The translations under genes were made by a program, and so were the position numbers. A model generated the notes under the pieces. It had not been told where the DNA came from. It ran no database searches and saw nothing but the letters and a program-made list of their open reading frames with translations. From positions 2,176,001 to 2,240,000 of the forward strand of contig OY970067.1 of the NCBI GenBank assembly GCA_963705305.1: 64,000 nt of DNA. The letters run 5' to 3'. Within the stretch, counting starts at the first letter, position 1, and each line of letters begins with the position of its first letter. Below, piece after piece: positions 46,040 to 55,396 of the stretch. The DNA is from an uncultured Methylomirabilota bacterium. GTDB taxonomy: Bacteria > Methylomirabilota > Methylomirabilia > Methylomirabilales > 2-02-FULL-66-22.

Positions 46040-47314
46040 ATGGAGCTGTTTGTCCTCGGCCTGAGCCACAAGACGGCGCCGATCGAGCTGCGCGAGCACT
46101 TGCACGTCTCCGAGCGGGATCTTCCCAAGCAGCTGGAGCTTCTGGGAGACGTGCCGGATCTCCTGGAGCGCATGGTGGTCAGCACCTGCAACCGGGTAGA
46201 GGTGTACGGGGTCGCCGACGGGCCCCTCGGCAAAGTCGCCGAGGCCGTCACGGAGTGTCTGGCGGCCTACCACAATCAGGAGGCGCCCCGCTTCGCCAGC
46301 GCGCTCTACATCCTCACCGAGGCGGCGGCGGTCCGCCACGTCTTCCGGGTGGCCTCCAGCCTGGATTCCATGGTGCTGGGCGAGCCCCAGATTCTGGGCC
46401 AGGTGAAGGCCGCCTACTTCGTGGCGCGCGCCCAGGAGGCGGTCGGCGTCATCCTCAATAACCTCCTGGAGCAGGCGTTTCATGTGGCCAAGCGAGTCCG
46501 GACCGAGACGGGCATCGCCGCGTCGGCCGTCTCCGTCTCCTCGGCCGCCGTCGAGCTGGCCCGGAAGATCTTCGGCGACCTGGCGGACCGCACCGTCCTG
46601 ATCCTGGGCGCCGGGGAGATGGCCGAGCTGGCCCTGCGCCATCTCTTGGACGACGGGGTGCGGTCGGTGCTGGTCGCCAACCGAAGTTACGACCGCGCGG
46701 TGGCGCTGGCGGCCGAGTTCGAGGGGCGGGCGGTCACCTTCGAGTCTTTCCGGGACGAGATGGTCGGGGCCGACATCGTGATCAGCTCGACCAGCGCCCC
46801 GCACATGATCCTGAAGAAAGAGGACATGCAGGCCGTCACCCTGCAGCGCCGGCACCGGCCGATCTTCCTGATCGACATCGCCAACCCGCGCGACATCGAC
46901 CCCGCCTGCAACGAGGTGGACAACGTCTATCTGTACAACATCGACGATCTCCAGGCGGTGGTGTCGGCAAACCTGCAGGAGCGCGAGCGGGAGGCGGAGC
47001 GAGCTGAGACCATCATCGGGCGCGAGGTCGAGGTGTTCCTGGATTGGCTCAAGGGGCTGGACGTGGTCCCCACCATCGTCTCCCTGCGTAAGCGGGTCGA
47101 GGAGATCCGCCAGACGGAGCTGGCCAAGGCCATGGCCCGCATGGGGGATCTGACCCCCGCGCAGCGCGAGACGGTCATCGCCATGACGTTGGCCATGGTG
47201 AACAAGATCCTGCACCAGCCCATGACCGAGCTGCGGCGGCGAGCCGTCCTGCAGGACGGACATCTCTATTCCACCGTCTTGCGGCGGCTGTTCGGCCTGG
47301 AAGAAAAGGAGTAG
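46040..47314 (+). CDS. hemA: Glutamyl-tRNA reductase
   Basis: GLSHKTAP, STCNRVE, LDSMVLGEPQILGQVK, GAGEM, DIANPRD. Confidence 0.96.
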   Translation: MELFVLGLSHKTAPIELREHLHVSERDLPKQLELLGDVPDLLERMVVSTCNRVEVYGVADGPLGKVAEAVTECLAAYHNQEAPRFASALYILTEAAAVRHVFRVASSLDSMVLGEPQILGQVKAAYFVARAQEAVGVILNNLLEQAFHVAKRVRTETGIAASAVSVSSAAVELARKIFGDLADRTVLILGAGEMAELALRHLLDDGVRSVLVANRSYDRAVALAAEFEGRAVTFESFRDEMVGADIVISSTSAPHMILKKEDMQAVTLQRRHRPIFLIDIANPRDIDPACNEVDNVYLYNIDDLQAVVSANLQEREREAERAETIIGREVEVFLDWLKGLDVVPTIVSLRKRVEEIRQTELAKAMARMGDLTPAQRETVIAMTLAMVNKILHQPMTELRRRAVLQDGHLYSTVLRRLFGLEEKE

Positions 47315-47315
47315 G

Positions 47316-48311
47316 GTGAACCTCGAACCGCGCAGGTCGAATGTCGAGCGCGGCACGTCTCTCATTCTCGGCACGCGCAGCTCGCCGCTGGCGCTCTGGC
47401 AGGCGGAGCACGTGGCGGCGCGGCTGCGCGGGGCCTTCGCGGGATTGCAGGTGTCCCTGGAGCGGATCAAGACCAGCGGGGACAAGATCCAGGACGTCCC
47501 GCTGGCGCAGGTGGGCGGGAAGGCGCTGTTCGTCAAGGAGATCGAGGAGGCCCTGCTGGCCGGCCGGGTGGATCTGGCGGTTCACAGCATGAAGGACGTC
47601 CCCACCGACCTGCCCGCGGGTCTCGCCATCCTGGCGGTGACGGAACGGGAAAGCCCTTCGGACGTCCTCATCTCCCGGCAGGGAGCACGCCTGGCGGACC
47701 TGCCCGGCGGCGCGATCGTGGGGACCAGCAGCCTGCGCCGCCAGGCCCAGCTTCTCCACCACCGTCCGGATCTCCGGGTGGTCGGCCTGCGGGGGAATCT
47801 GGATACGCGCATCCGGAAGCTCCGCTCGGAGGGACTCGACGCCATCGTGGTGGCGGCCGCGGGGGTGAAGCGCCTGGGCCTGAGCCATCTGGTCAGCGAG
47901 GTGCTCCCGGCCGAGATTCTGCTCCCCGCCATCGGCCAGGGGGCGTTGGGGATCGAGGGCCGAGTGGCGGCCGGCGTGGATCGGGAGCGGGGGATCGCCG
48001 ACATCGTCCGCACACTGGATCATCCCGAGACGCACACCGCCGTTCGAGCGGAGCGGGCCATGCTGGCCCGGCTGGCGGGCGGCTGCCAGGTGCCGATCGC
48101 GGCCCTGGCGACCCTAGAGGCGGACGGCATCCGGCTGCGGGGACTGGTGGCCAGCCCGGACGGCGCGAAGGTGATTCGGGGAGAGCGCCGGGCCCCGCGG
48201 GAGCACCCGGACTCGCTCGGCGCGGGCCTGGCGGAAGAGCTCTTGTCCAGGGGCGCTGCCGGAATCCTGGCGTCCGTCTGCGCCGCCGGAGGAACGGGAG
48301 GGCAGGGGTGA
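47316..48311 (+). CDS. hemC: Hydroxymethylbilane synthase
   Basis: GTRSSPLALWQ, GGKALFVKE, AVHSMKD, GTSSLRR, RGNLDTR, GGCQVP. Confidence 0.95.
   Translation: MNLEPRRSNVERGTSLILGTRSSPLALWQAEHVAARLRGAFAGLQVSLERIKTSGDKIQDVPLAQVGGKALFVKEIEEALLAGRVDLAVHSMKDVPTDLPAGLAILAVTERESPSDVLISRQGARLADLPGGAIVGTSSLRRQAQLLHHRPDLRVVGLRGNLDTRIRKLRSEGLDAIVVAAAGVKRLGLSHLVSEVLPAEILLPAIGQGALGIEGRVAAGVDRERGIADIVRTLDHPETHTAVRAERAMLARLAGGCQVPIAALATLEADGIRLRGLVASPDGAKVIRGERRAPREHPDSLGAGLAEELLSRGAAGILASVCAAGGTGGQG
47318..47359 (+). repeat. Degenerate 7-bp-periodic repeat in the 5' end of hemC
   Basis: GAACCTC GAACCGC GCAGGTC GAATGTC GAGCGCG GCACGTC. Confidence 0.45.
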
Positions 48312-49843
48312 CATCCGCAGGCGCAGGGCACGGGAAGGTGTTTCTGATCGGGGCGGGCCCCGGCGATCCCGGCCTGTTTACCCTGCGCGGGGTGCGCTGC
48401 CTGGCGGCTGCCGACGTGGTGGTTTACGATGCGCTGGCCAATCCCCGGCTGCTCAAGTACGCCGGGCCGGAGGCGGAGCTGATCTACGTGGGCAAGCGCG
48501 GGGGCGCGCACGCCATGCCCCAGGAGGGCATCGGGCGCCTTTTGGTGGAGCGGGCCAAGGCCGGACAGGTGGTGGCCAGGCTCAAGGGCGGCGACCCCTT
48601 CATCTTCGGCCGGGGCGGCGAGGAGGCGGAGGAGCTGGCGGCCGCCGGCATCCCCTTCGAGGTGGTTCCCGGGGTCACCGCGGCCGTGGCGGCCCCGGCG
48701 TATGCGGGCATCCCGCTCACGCATCGGGACTTCACCTCCACGGTGGCCTTCGTGACGGGACACGAGGATCCCACGAAGGAAACAACCGGCATCGCCTGGG
48801 ACAAGATCGCCACGGGAATCGGCACCCTGGTGTTCTTCATGGGGGTGGGGCAGCTGCCCGAGATCGTGGCGAGGCTCCAGCAACACGGACGGCCGCCGGC
48901 CACGCCCGCCGCCGTCATCCGCTGGGGCACACGGGCCGACCAGGAGGTAGTGACCGGGACACTGGAAAACCTCGTGGAAAAATCCGCCGCGATCCGCCCG
49001 CCGGCCCTGATCGTGGTCGGGGAGGTGGTGGGCCTGCGGGAGAAGCTTGCCTGGGTGGAGACCAGGCCCCTCTTCGGGAAGCGGGTCCTGATCACCCGGG
49101 CGCGCGAGCAGGCCAGCGCCCTGGCCGATCTCCTAGAGGCCGCCGGCGCGGAAGTCGTGGAGTTTCCCACCATCGCCATCGTCCCGCCGGAGAGCTGGGC
49201 ACCCCTGGATGCGGCCGTGGCCCGACTGCACGAGTATCAGTGGGTCATCTTCACCAGCGCCAACGGGGTTCGATTTTTTTGGGAGCGGCTCTTGGAGGCC
49301 GGTCGGGACGTGCGGGATCTGGCGGGGGTGACCGTGTGCGCCATCGGCCCGGCCACGGCTGCCGCCCTGTTGGATTTTGGCGTCCGGGCGGACGTGGTCC
49401 CGCCGGAATTCCGGGCCGAAGCCCTGGTCGAGGCCGTGGGGAGCAGGCCGCTCGAGGGCGGCCGGATCCTGGTCGTCCGCGCTGCCGAGGCGCGGGAGAT
49501 CCTCCCGGAGGAGCTTTCCCGTCGGGGAGCGCTGGTGGACGTGGTGCCGGCGTACCGGACGATCCGGGGCGCGCCCAACGTCGATGAGGTGCGGGGTCTT
49601 CTGCGGGAGGGGAAGATCCACGCCGTGACATTCACCAGCTCGTCGACTGTGAAGCATTTCCTGGAACTGATCGGCGAGGAGGCGCCCGCCTTGCTCAAGG
49701 GGGTGGTGGTGGCCAGCATCGGGCCCATCACGGCCGAGACAGCGGCGCGCCGGCAGATCGACAGCCAGGTCGTGCCAGAAAGTTATACGATCCCAGCCTT
49801 AACCGATGCGCTGATAGCACATTTCCACTCCCAGTCCCGCTGA
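48308..49843 (+). CDS. cobA: Uroporphyrinogen-III C-methyltransferase / uroporphyrinogen-III synthase fusion (CobA-HemD)
   Basis: GAGPGDP, RLKGGDPFIFGRGGEE, VPGVT; then ITRAREQ, FTSANGV, IGPAT, FTSSSTV. Confidence 0.94.
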   Translation: MTSAGAGHGKVFLIGAGPGDPGLFTLRGVRCLAAADVVVYDALANPRLLKYAGPEAELIYVGKRGGAHAMPQEGIGRLLVERAKAGQVVARLKGGDPFIFGRGGEEAEELAAAGIPFEVVPGVTAAVAAPAYAGIPLTHRDFTSTVAFVTGHEDPTKETTGIAWDKIATGIGTLVFFMGVGQLPEIVARLQQHGRPPATPAAVIRWGTRADQEVVTGTLENLVEKSAAIRPPALIVVGEVVGLREKLAWVETRPLFGKRVLITRAREQASALADLLEAAGAEVVEFPTIAIVPPESWAPLDAAVARLHEYQWVIFTSANGVRFFWERLLEAGRDVRDLAGVTVCAIGPATAAALLDFGVRADVVPPEFRAEALVEAVGSRPLEGGRILVVRAAEAREILPEELSRRGALVDVVPAYRTIRGAPNVDEVRGLLREGKIHAVTFTSSSTVKHFLELIGEEAPALLKGVVVASIGPITAETAARRQIDSQVVPESYTIPALTDALIAHFHSQSR

Positions 49844-49882
49844 CCGGCCTGCCCATGGGGGACCCGTCTTGCGCCTTTTCCC

Positions 49883-49912
49883 TTGACAAGCATTGAATTT
49901 TACAGCTAATGT
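49883..49912 (+). promoter_or_regulatory. Sigma70-type promoter for the polysaccharide operon
   Basis: TTGACA-N18-TAATGT in an AT-rich patch. Confidence 0.5.
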
Positions 49913-50034
49913 CCCGTTTCGAGAGGGTTCTTGCCGGTGCTGCGGATGAGGCTCAGCACCGCTTTTTCATTTATGGAACGAAAGCTGCAGAACTTCATGA
50001 GGTTACGCCCCGACCCACTCTTTAGGACAGGGCC

Positions 50035-51159
50035 ATGGCCATCCCGATCCTGAATTTGCAGGCAGAATACCAGCGGATGCGCGAGCAGATAGACCGGGCG
50101 GTGCTCCAGGTCCTGGAAAGCGGCCAATTCGTCCTGGGGCCGAATGTCCAGGCCCTGGAGGCGGAGCTGGCGGCCTTCCTGAGTGTGGCCCGCGCCGTGG
50201 CGGTCGCCTCAGGCACGGACGCCCTCCACCTGGGCCTGCGGGCCTGCGGAATCGGTCCGGGCGACGTCGTGCTGACATCCCCCTTTACATTCGTGGCGAC
50301 GGCCACGGCCATCTCGTACACCGGGGCCCGGCCAGCGTTTGCCGACATCCAGCCGGACACGTTCCTGCTGGACCCGGAGCGGGTGCGCGAGGCCCTGGCC
50401 GGGGGCGGCCCGGGGCCCCGCCCCGAGGGGCGCTTGAAGGCCCTCATCCCGGTGCATCTCTACGGTCAGCCGGCCGACATGGATCCCCTGCTCGCCCTGG
50501 CGCGGGCCCACGGGCTTCGGGTCATCGAGGATGCCGCCCAGGCCATCGGCGCCACCTACCGGGGGAAGCGCGTGGGCGGCCTGGGAGACATCGGCTGCTT
50601 CAGCTTCTACCCGACCAAGAACCTGGGGGCCTATGGGGACGCCGGCCTGGCCACGACGCAAGACGCCGGGCTGGGCGAGCATCTGGCGCGCCTGCGCGTC
50701 TACGGCGGCCGGGTGCGCTACATCCACGACGAGCTGGGATACAACAGCCGTCTGGACGAGATCCAGGCGGCCATCCTGCGGGTGAAGCTCGCGTTCCTGG
50801 AGCAGGGGAACGCGCGCCGCCGCGCCATCGCCGCCCGCTATCGCGCGGGGCTGGCCGGACTGGGGATCGGGCTGCCGGCGGAGGTGCCGGGAACGGAGCA
50901 CGTCTATCACCAGTTCGCGATCCGAGTGCCCGACCGTGATCAGATGCAGGAACGGATGGCAAGCCGCGGCGTCCGCACCGCCATCTATTATCCGCTGCCA
51001 TTGCACCTTCAACCGCTGTACCGGGACCTCGGCTATCGGGGCGGCGATTTCCCCGAGGCGGAGCGGGCCAGCCGCGAGGTCCTGTGCCTGCCCATGTACC
51101 CGGAGCTCGCGGATGGCGACGTGGACGAGGTGATCGGGGCGGTGAAAGCATGCGTGTGA
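50035..51159 (+). CDS. DegT/DnrJ/EryC1/StrS sugar aminotransferase
   Basis: SGTDAL, PVHLYGQ, IEDAAQA, FSFYPTKNLGAYGD, GYNSRLDEIQA. Confidence 0.93.
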   Translation: MAIPILNLQAEYQRMREQIDRAVLQVLESGQFVLGPNVQALEAELAAFLSVARAVAVASGTDALHLGLRACGIGPGDVVLTSPFTFVATATAISYTGARPAFADIQPDTFLLDPERVREALAGGGPGPRPEGRLKALIPVHLYGQPADMDPLLALARAHGLRVIEDAAQAIGATYRGKRVGGLGDIGCFSFYPTKNLGAYGDAGLATTQDAGLGEHLARLRVYGGRVRYIHDELGYNSRLDEIQAAILRVKLAFLEQGNARRRAIAARYRAGLAGLGIGLPAEVPGTEHVYHQFAIRVPDRDQMQERMASRGVRTAIYYPLPLHLQPLYRDLGYRGGDFPEAERASREVLCLPMYPELADGDVDEVIGAVKACV

Positions 51160-51169
51160 ACGGGCACGA

Positions 51170-51278
51170 GAGAATGGAAAATTGAAAATGGACAACCGAC
51201 AACCGACAACCGACAATCGAGAAGCAACGAACGGCATATCGGCCGGTTTTGAATTGTCGGTTTCTCATTTTGCATTGA
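51170..51278. repeat. Heptamer tandem array with inverted partner array
   Basis: Eight units GAGAATG GAAAATT GAAAATG GACAACC x3 GACAATC GAGAAGC, then complementary-type units GGTTTTG AATTGTC GGTTTCT CATTTTG. Confidence 0.8.
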
Positions 51279-51291
51279 GGTGAGGGGACGC

Positions 51292-52377
51292 ATGACGGGC
51301 CTATCCGGCACGATCCTGGCCACCGGCGGCATGGGGTTCATCGGGGCGAACTTCATCCGGCACCTCCTGGCGGAGCACCCGGAGACCCGGGTGGTGAACC
51401 TCGACCGGCTCACCTACGCCGGGAACCCCCGCAACCTGGCGGACCTGGACGGGGAGCCCCGCTACCGGTTCGTCCGGGGGGATGTCTGTGATGCGGTAGG
51501 GGTGGGCGCCCTCCTCGCCGAGGAGCGGGTAGCGGCGATCGTCCACTTCGCCGCCGAGACCCACGTGGACCGCTCCATCCTGGGGGCGGCGGAGTGCGTC
51601 CGGACCAACGTCGAGGGGACGCGGGTGCTCCTGGACGCCGCCCGGGCGGCCGGGGTGCGGCGGTTCCTCCACATCTCCACGGACGAGGTCTACGGCGCGC
51701 TGGGCCCGGTCGGGGCGTTCACGGAGGCCGCGCCGCTTCTCCCCAACAGCCCCTACGCCGCCAGCAAGGCCGGGGCGGATTGCCTGGCCCGGGCCTACCA
51801 GGTGACCTACGGCCTGCCGGTCCTCATCACCCGGACCTGCAACAACTACGGCCCCTACCAGTTCCCGGAGAAGTTCATCCCGCTCATGGTCGTGAACGCC
51901 TGCCGCGGAGAGCCGCTCCCGATCTACGGGGACGGGCGCTACGTCCGGGAGTGGCTCCACGTCGCCGATCACTGCCGGGCGTTAGCCGCGGTCCTGGCCG
52001 CCGGCCGCCCGGGCGAGGTGTACAACATCGGGAGCGGCGAGGAGGCGCAGAACCTGGACGTGGCCCGGGCCATCCTCCGCCTCACCGGCCGGCCGGAAAC
52101 CCTCCTCCGGCACGTGGCCGACCGGCCCGGCCACGACCGGCGCTACGCCCTGGCCGCCGGCAAGCTCCGGCGGGAGCTAGGCTGGGCGCCGACCATCCGG
52201 TTCGCGGAGGGCCTCGCGCAGACCGTGGACTGGTACCGCACGCACGAGGCCTGGTGGCAGGAGATCCTCTCCGGGGAGTACCGCACGTACTACCAGCAGC
52301 AATACGGGCAGCGGGGGGAATACGGGCAAGGGAAAACCGACACTGGAATACCGACAACCGGTCAATCGAGAAGTTGA
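51292..52377 (+). CDS. rfbB: dTDP-glucose 4,6-dehydratase
   Basis: TGGMGFIG, DRLTYAGN, AAETHVDRSI, ISTDEVYG, YAASK, NNYGPYQFPEK, DRPGHDRRY. Confidence 0.95.
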   Translation: MTGLSGTILATGGMGFIGANFIRHLLAEHPETRVVNLDRLTYAGNPRNLADLDGEPRYRFVRGDVCDAVGVGALLAEERVAAIVHFAAETHVDRSILGAAECVRTNVEGTRVLLDAARAAGVRRFLHISTDEVYGALGPVGAFTEAAPLLPNSPYAASKAGADCLARAYQVTYGLPVLITRTCNNYGPYQFPEKFIPLMVVNACRGEPLPIYGDGRYVREWLHVADHCRALAAVLAAGRPGEVYNIGSGEEAQNLDVARAILRLTGRPETLLRHVADRPGHDRRYALAAGKLRRELGWAPTIRFAEGLAQTVDWYRTHEAWWQEILSGEYRTYYQQQYGQRGEYGQGKTDTGIPTTGQSRS

Positions 52378-52411
52378 CCGGTTGACAGGTGTCGGTTTTC
52401 GGTATTGCATT
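52332..52411. repeat. Second heptamer fold-back element, overlapping the rfbB 3' end
   Basis: GAAAACC GACACTG GAATACC GACAACC; perfect stem CAACCGGTCAA/TTGACCGGTTG; then GGTGTC GGTTTTC GGTATTG CATTG. Confidence 0.75.
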
Positions 52412-52626
52412 GGAACCGGCACGACGCCAGGAACCCATGCGGAACGAGTCAACGGCGATGGCACCAAGCGCGCACGGTGGAGGAGGCGCGGCGGTGAGAC
52501 TGGCTGCACCCGGCGGGATCCATGATCAAGCCAGCTCGGCAATCCGGCCACCGTCTGTCTGGCTGCCGCCGATTTGGTGCGGACCCCTCGCCCGCCAAGC
52601 CGTTGGCTGGCTTGAGGTCTGACAAC

Positions 52627-53394
52627 ATGGAGGTCCTTCAGTACCGCGAATTGATCTGGACCTTCACCCTCCGAGAGATTGCGGTCCGCTACAAGCAGGC
52701 GGTTCTCGGGGCTGCCTGGGCGATTATCCAGCCCCTGTCGATGATGATGGTCTTCACGCTCTTTTTCTCGCGGCTCATGCATATCCCAAGCGACGGCACC
52801 CCCTATCCGCTCTTTGTCTACAGCGCCCTCCTGCCGTGGACCTTCTTTGCAACGTCGCTTGCCTTCGCCGTTCCGAGCTTGACTAACAATACCCAACTCA
52901 TCACTAAGGTTTATTTCCCGAGGGAAGTTCTCCCTCTTGCATCAGTGCTGGCCGCGGGATTTGACTTCTGCATCGCCGGCCTCGTTCTCCTCGGCATGAT
53001 GTTGGTTTACCGAGTGCCCCTGACACTGTCGATTCTGTGGATTCTCCCCTTGCTCGCGATCCAGATCGTCTTCACGATAGGTGCAGCCCTTTTCTTCTCT
53101 GCGCTGAACGTCTCCTATCGGGACGTGCGGCACGCTGTGCCCCTTGTGATCCAACTCTGGATGTTTGCCACCCCGGTCATTTACCCCGCCAGCGTCGTGC
53201 CTGATCGGTACCGGACCCTGTATTTCCTGAATCCAATGGCTGCCATCATTGAGGGCTTCCGCCAGGTCCTGGTCCGAGGGCTGGCCCCCGATCTGCGGCT
53301 CCTGGTTCCGGCGGCGGCGGTCGCCGGGATCGTCCTCTGGGCATCTTACCGCTATTTCAAAAAGGCCGAAGACACCTTTGCGGACGTGATCTGA
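52627..53394 (+). CDS. wzm: Polysaccharide ABC exporter permease
   Basis: RYKQAVLGAAWAIIQP, LITKVYFPRE, YRDV, ATPVIYP, LNPM, FADVI. Confidence 0.92.
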   Translation: MEVLQYRELIWTFTLREIAVRYKQAVLGAAWAIIQPLSMMMVFTLFFSRLMHIPSDGTPYPLFVYSALLPWTFFATSLAFAVPSLTNNTQLITKVYFPREVLPLASVLAAGFDFCIAGLVLLGMMLVYRVPLTLSILWILPLLAIQIVFTIGAALFFSALNVSYRDVRHAVPLVIQLWMFATPVIYPASVVPDRYRTLYFLNPMAAIIEGFRQVLVRGLAPDLRLLVPAAAVAGIVLWASYRYFKKAEDTFADVI

Positions 53395-53395
53395 C

Positions 53396-54610
53396 ATGGC
53401 TGCCGTGGTGCTCGATGGCATCTGGAAAAAATACCGACGCGGCGGTCCGCACTATCGCTCCCTGCGGGAGGAAGTGACCGAGCTGTTCCGCTCCACTTTT
53501 CGAGCGAGGAAGGCAAGTGCAGTTCAGGAGGAGTTCTGGGCGCTGCAGGATTTCAGTCTTCGGGTAAGTCGGGGAGATGTCGTCGGCATCATAGGTCGAA
53601 ACGGAGCCGGCAAGAGTACGCTGCTGAAGATTGTGTCGCGAATCACCAAACCCACTTTGGGACGCGTGGAGGTGTCGGGCCGGGTGGGCAGCCTCTTGGA
53701 GGTGGGGACCGGGTTTCATCCCGAATTGACCGGCCGCGAGAATATCTACCTGAATGGCGCCATACTCGGCATGCGACGAGCCGAGGTCCGTCGTCGATTT
53801 GATGAGATCCTGGCTTTCGCAGGGACGGAGAAATTTGTCGACACACCAGTGAAGTACTACAGCAGCGGGATGTTCATGCGTCTGGGTTTTGCCGTGGCAG
53901 CCCACCTGGAGCCCGAGATCTTGCTGGTCGATGAAGTCCTCTCGGTGGGGGATGCGGAATTCCAGAGGAAGTGTCTGGGAAAGATGGGACAGGTTGCGGA
54001 AGAGGGACGGGCGGTCCTCTTCGTGAGTCACGACCTGCACGCGATCTCCACGCTCACTCGTCGGGCGATCCTTCTCGACGCGGGACGGATGCTCTTCGAT
54101 GGCGATACTGCCTCTGCACTCAGGTGCTATCGGGATCTGTGGGGTGAGAAACAGGGGCCTGCGGGCGAGTACATTGATCCTACCAAGGTGACCGGCGTCA
54201 GCTTCGCCCGGGTCATCACGTCCGAACCGAATCAGATCCACCGACACGGGGAGCCGCTCGTCTGCGAATTTGAGGTGGTCTTTGCGGACGCGCCCAAATC
54301 GGGTGCCTTCTCCTTCCAGATCTGTGATCAGCAGGCGAGGCCGGTTGCCCACCTCTGGTTGCACGATTCCGATCGCCGTTGGTCCCGGCAGGGACGCGTG
54401 CGGTTGCGATGCACCCTCCCGCGGCCCCGCCTCTACCTGGGGCGATATTATCTCGTGACCCATCTGGCGGATCGGGGCTCGACGGAACACATCGAGACGG
54501 TGGATGGCATCTGCGCGTTCGAGGTCGTCATGGACGGCATCTACCGGGAGTATCCCTGGGTGCCGGGAACGTGCGCCTACCTGGAGGATGCGGAATGGAC
54601 GACAGGATGA
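53396..54610 (+). CDS. wzt: Polysaccharide ABC exporter ATPase with C-terminal carbohydrate-binding domain
   Basis: GRNGAGKST, GFHPELTGREN, YSSGM, VDEVLSVGD, VSHD, plus a C-terminal extension. Confidence 0.93.
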   Translation: MAAVVLDGIWKKYRRGGPHYRSLREEVTELFRSTFRARKASAVQEEFWALQDFSLRVSRGDVVGIIGRNGAGKSTLLKIVSRITKPTLGRVEVSGRVGSLLEVGTGFHPELTGRENIYLNGAILGMRRAEVRRRFDEILAFAGTEKFVDTPVKYYSSGMFMRLGFAVAAHLEPEILLVDEVLSVGDAEFQRKCLGKMGQVAEEGRAVLFVSHDLHAISTLTRRAILLDAGRMLFDGDTASALRCYRDLWGEKQGPAGEYIDPTKVTGVSFARVITSEPNQIHRHGEPLVCEFEVVFADAPKSGAFSFQICDQQARPVAHLWLHDSDRRWSRQGRVRLRCTLPRPRLYLGRYYLVTHLADRGSTEHIETVDGICAFEVVMDGIYREYPWVPGTCAYLEDAEWTTG

Positions 54611-55317
54611 GACAGATTCTGCGTGGGCTGTTCCGCTTCTGGACGCCGGCAGGAGACGGTCTCGTCTCGCGGGCTCTCGACCATTGGGCGATCCGTCGTG
54701 CCCTCGAAGTCATGGTGGTACGCACCGACAACTTTCGGAACGCGAAGTGGCTGGGCCGACATCTCTGGCAGTTTCCTCTCGGCGTATGGGTTCTACAGGA
54801 GGTGATCGCTGAGATCAGGCCGGACGTCATCTTAGAGACAGGGACCTTCCGTGGCGGCTCGGCGTTCTTCTTTGCCTCCCTCTGCGACTTGCTGGATCAT
54901 GGCGAGGTCATAAGCGTGGACATCAACCCGGTGGCCACGATTCCACATCGCCGGATCACATACGTCCGAGGCTCATCGGCTGATCCAGCAGTCGTGGCGC
55001 ATGTGGCAGAACGTCTCCGTGCGCCAGCAGTAGGCCGCCTCCTGGTTGTCCTCGATTCCGACCACGCTGCGTCCCACGTCGAGGCGGAATTGGAGTGCTA
55101 CGCACCCCTGGTTCCCGTGGCGTCCTATATCCATGTGCAGGACGGCTGCATTGACGAGATGGCGTATCATCGGAGAGCCCGTCCCGGGCCGAAAAGGGCC
55201 GTGGAATCGTTTCTCCGGAGGCACGCCGAGTTCGTGCGGGATACGGAAATCGAGCTACGCTACGTCATGACCTATCACCCTTGCGGCTGGCTCAGGCGGA
55301 TCGCGCCTGGCCCTTGA
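54607..55317 (+). CDS. CmcI/rhamnosyl O-methyltransferase family protein
   Basis: WLG, RPDVILETGTFRGGSA, VLDSDH, TYHPCGWLRR. Confidence 0.82.
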   Translation: MRQILRGLFRFWTPAGDGLVSRALDHWAIRRALEVMVVRTDNFRNAKWLGRHLWQFPLGVWVLQEVIAEIRPDVILETGTFRGGSAFFFASLCDLLDHGEVISVDINPVATIPHRRITYVRGSSADPAVVAHVAERLRAPAVGRLLVVLDSDHAASHVEAELECYAPLVPVASYIHVQDGCIDEMAYHRRARPGPKRAVESFLRRHAEFVRDTEIELRYVMTYHPCGWLRRIAPGP

Positions 55318-55396
55318 TCATCGGGCAGGCCCGGTAAGCGCCAGCAGGTTTTGGCAGGGATGGCGAAGGCAGGGGCATAGCCGGGGGAACGTCGGA

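Noticed and set aside
51170..51278. Possible CRISPR array
   Set aside because: 7-bp tandem units without unique spacers, and no cas genes.
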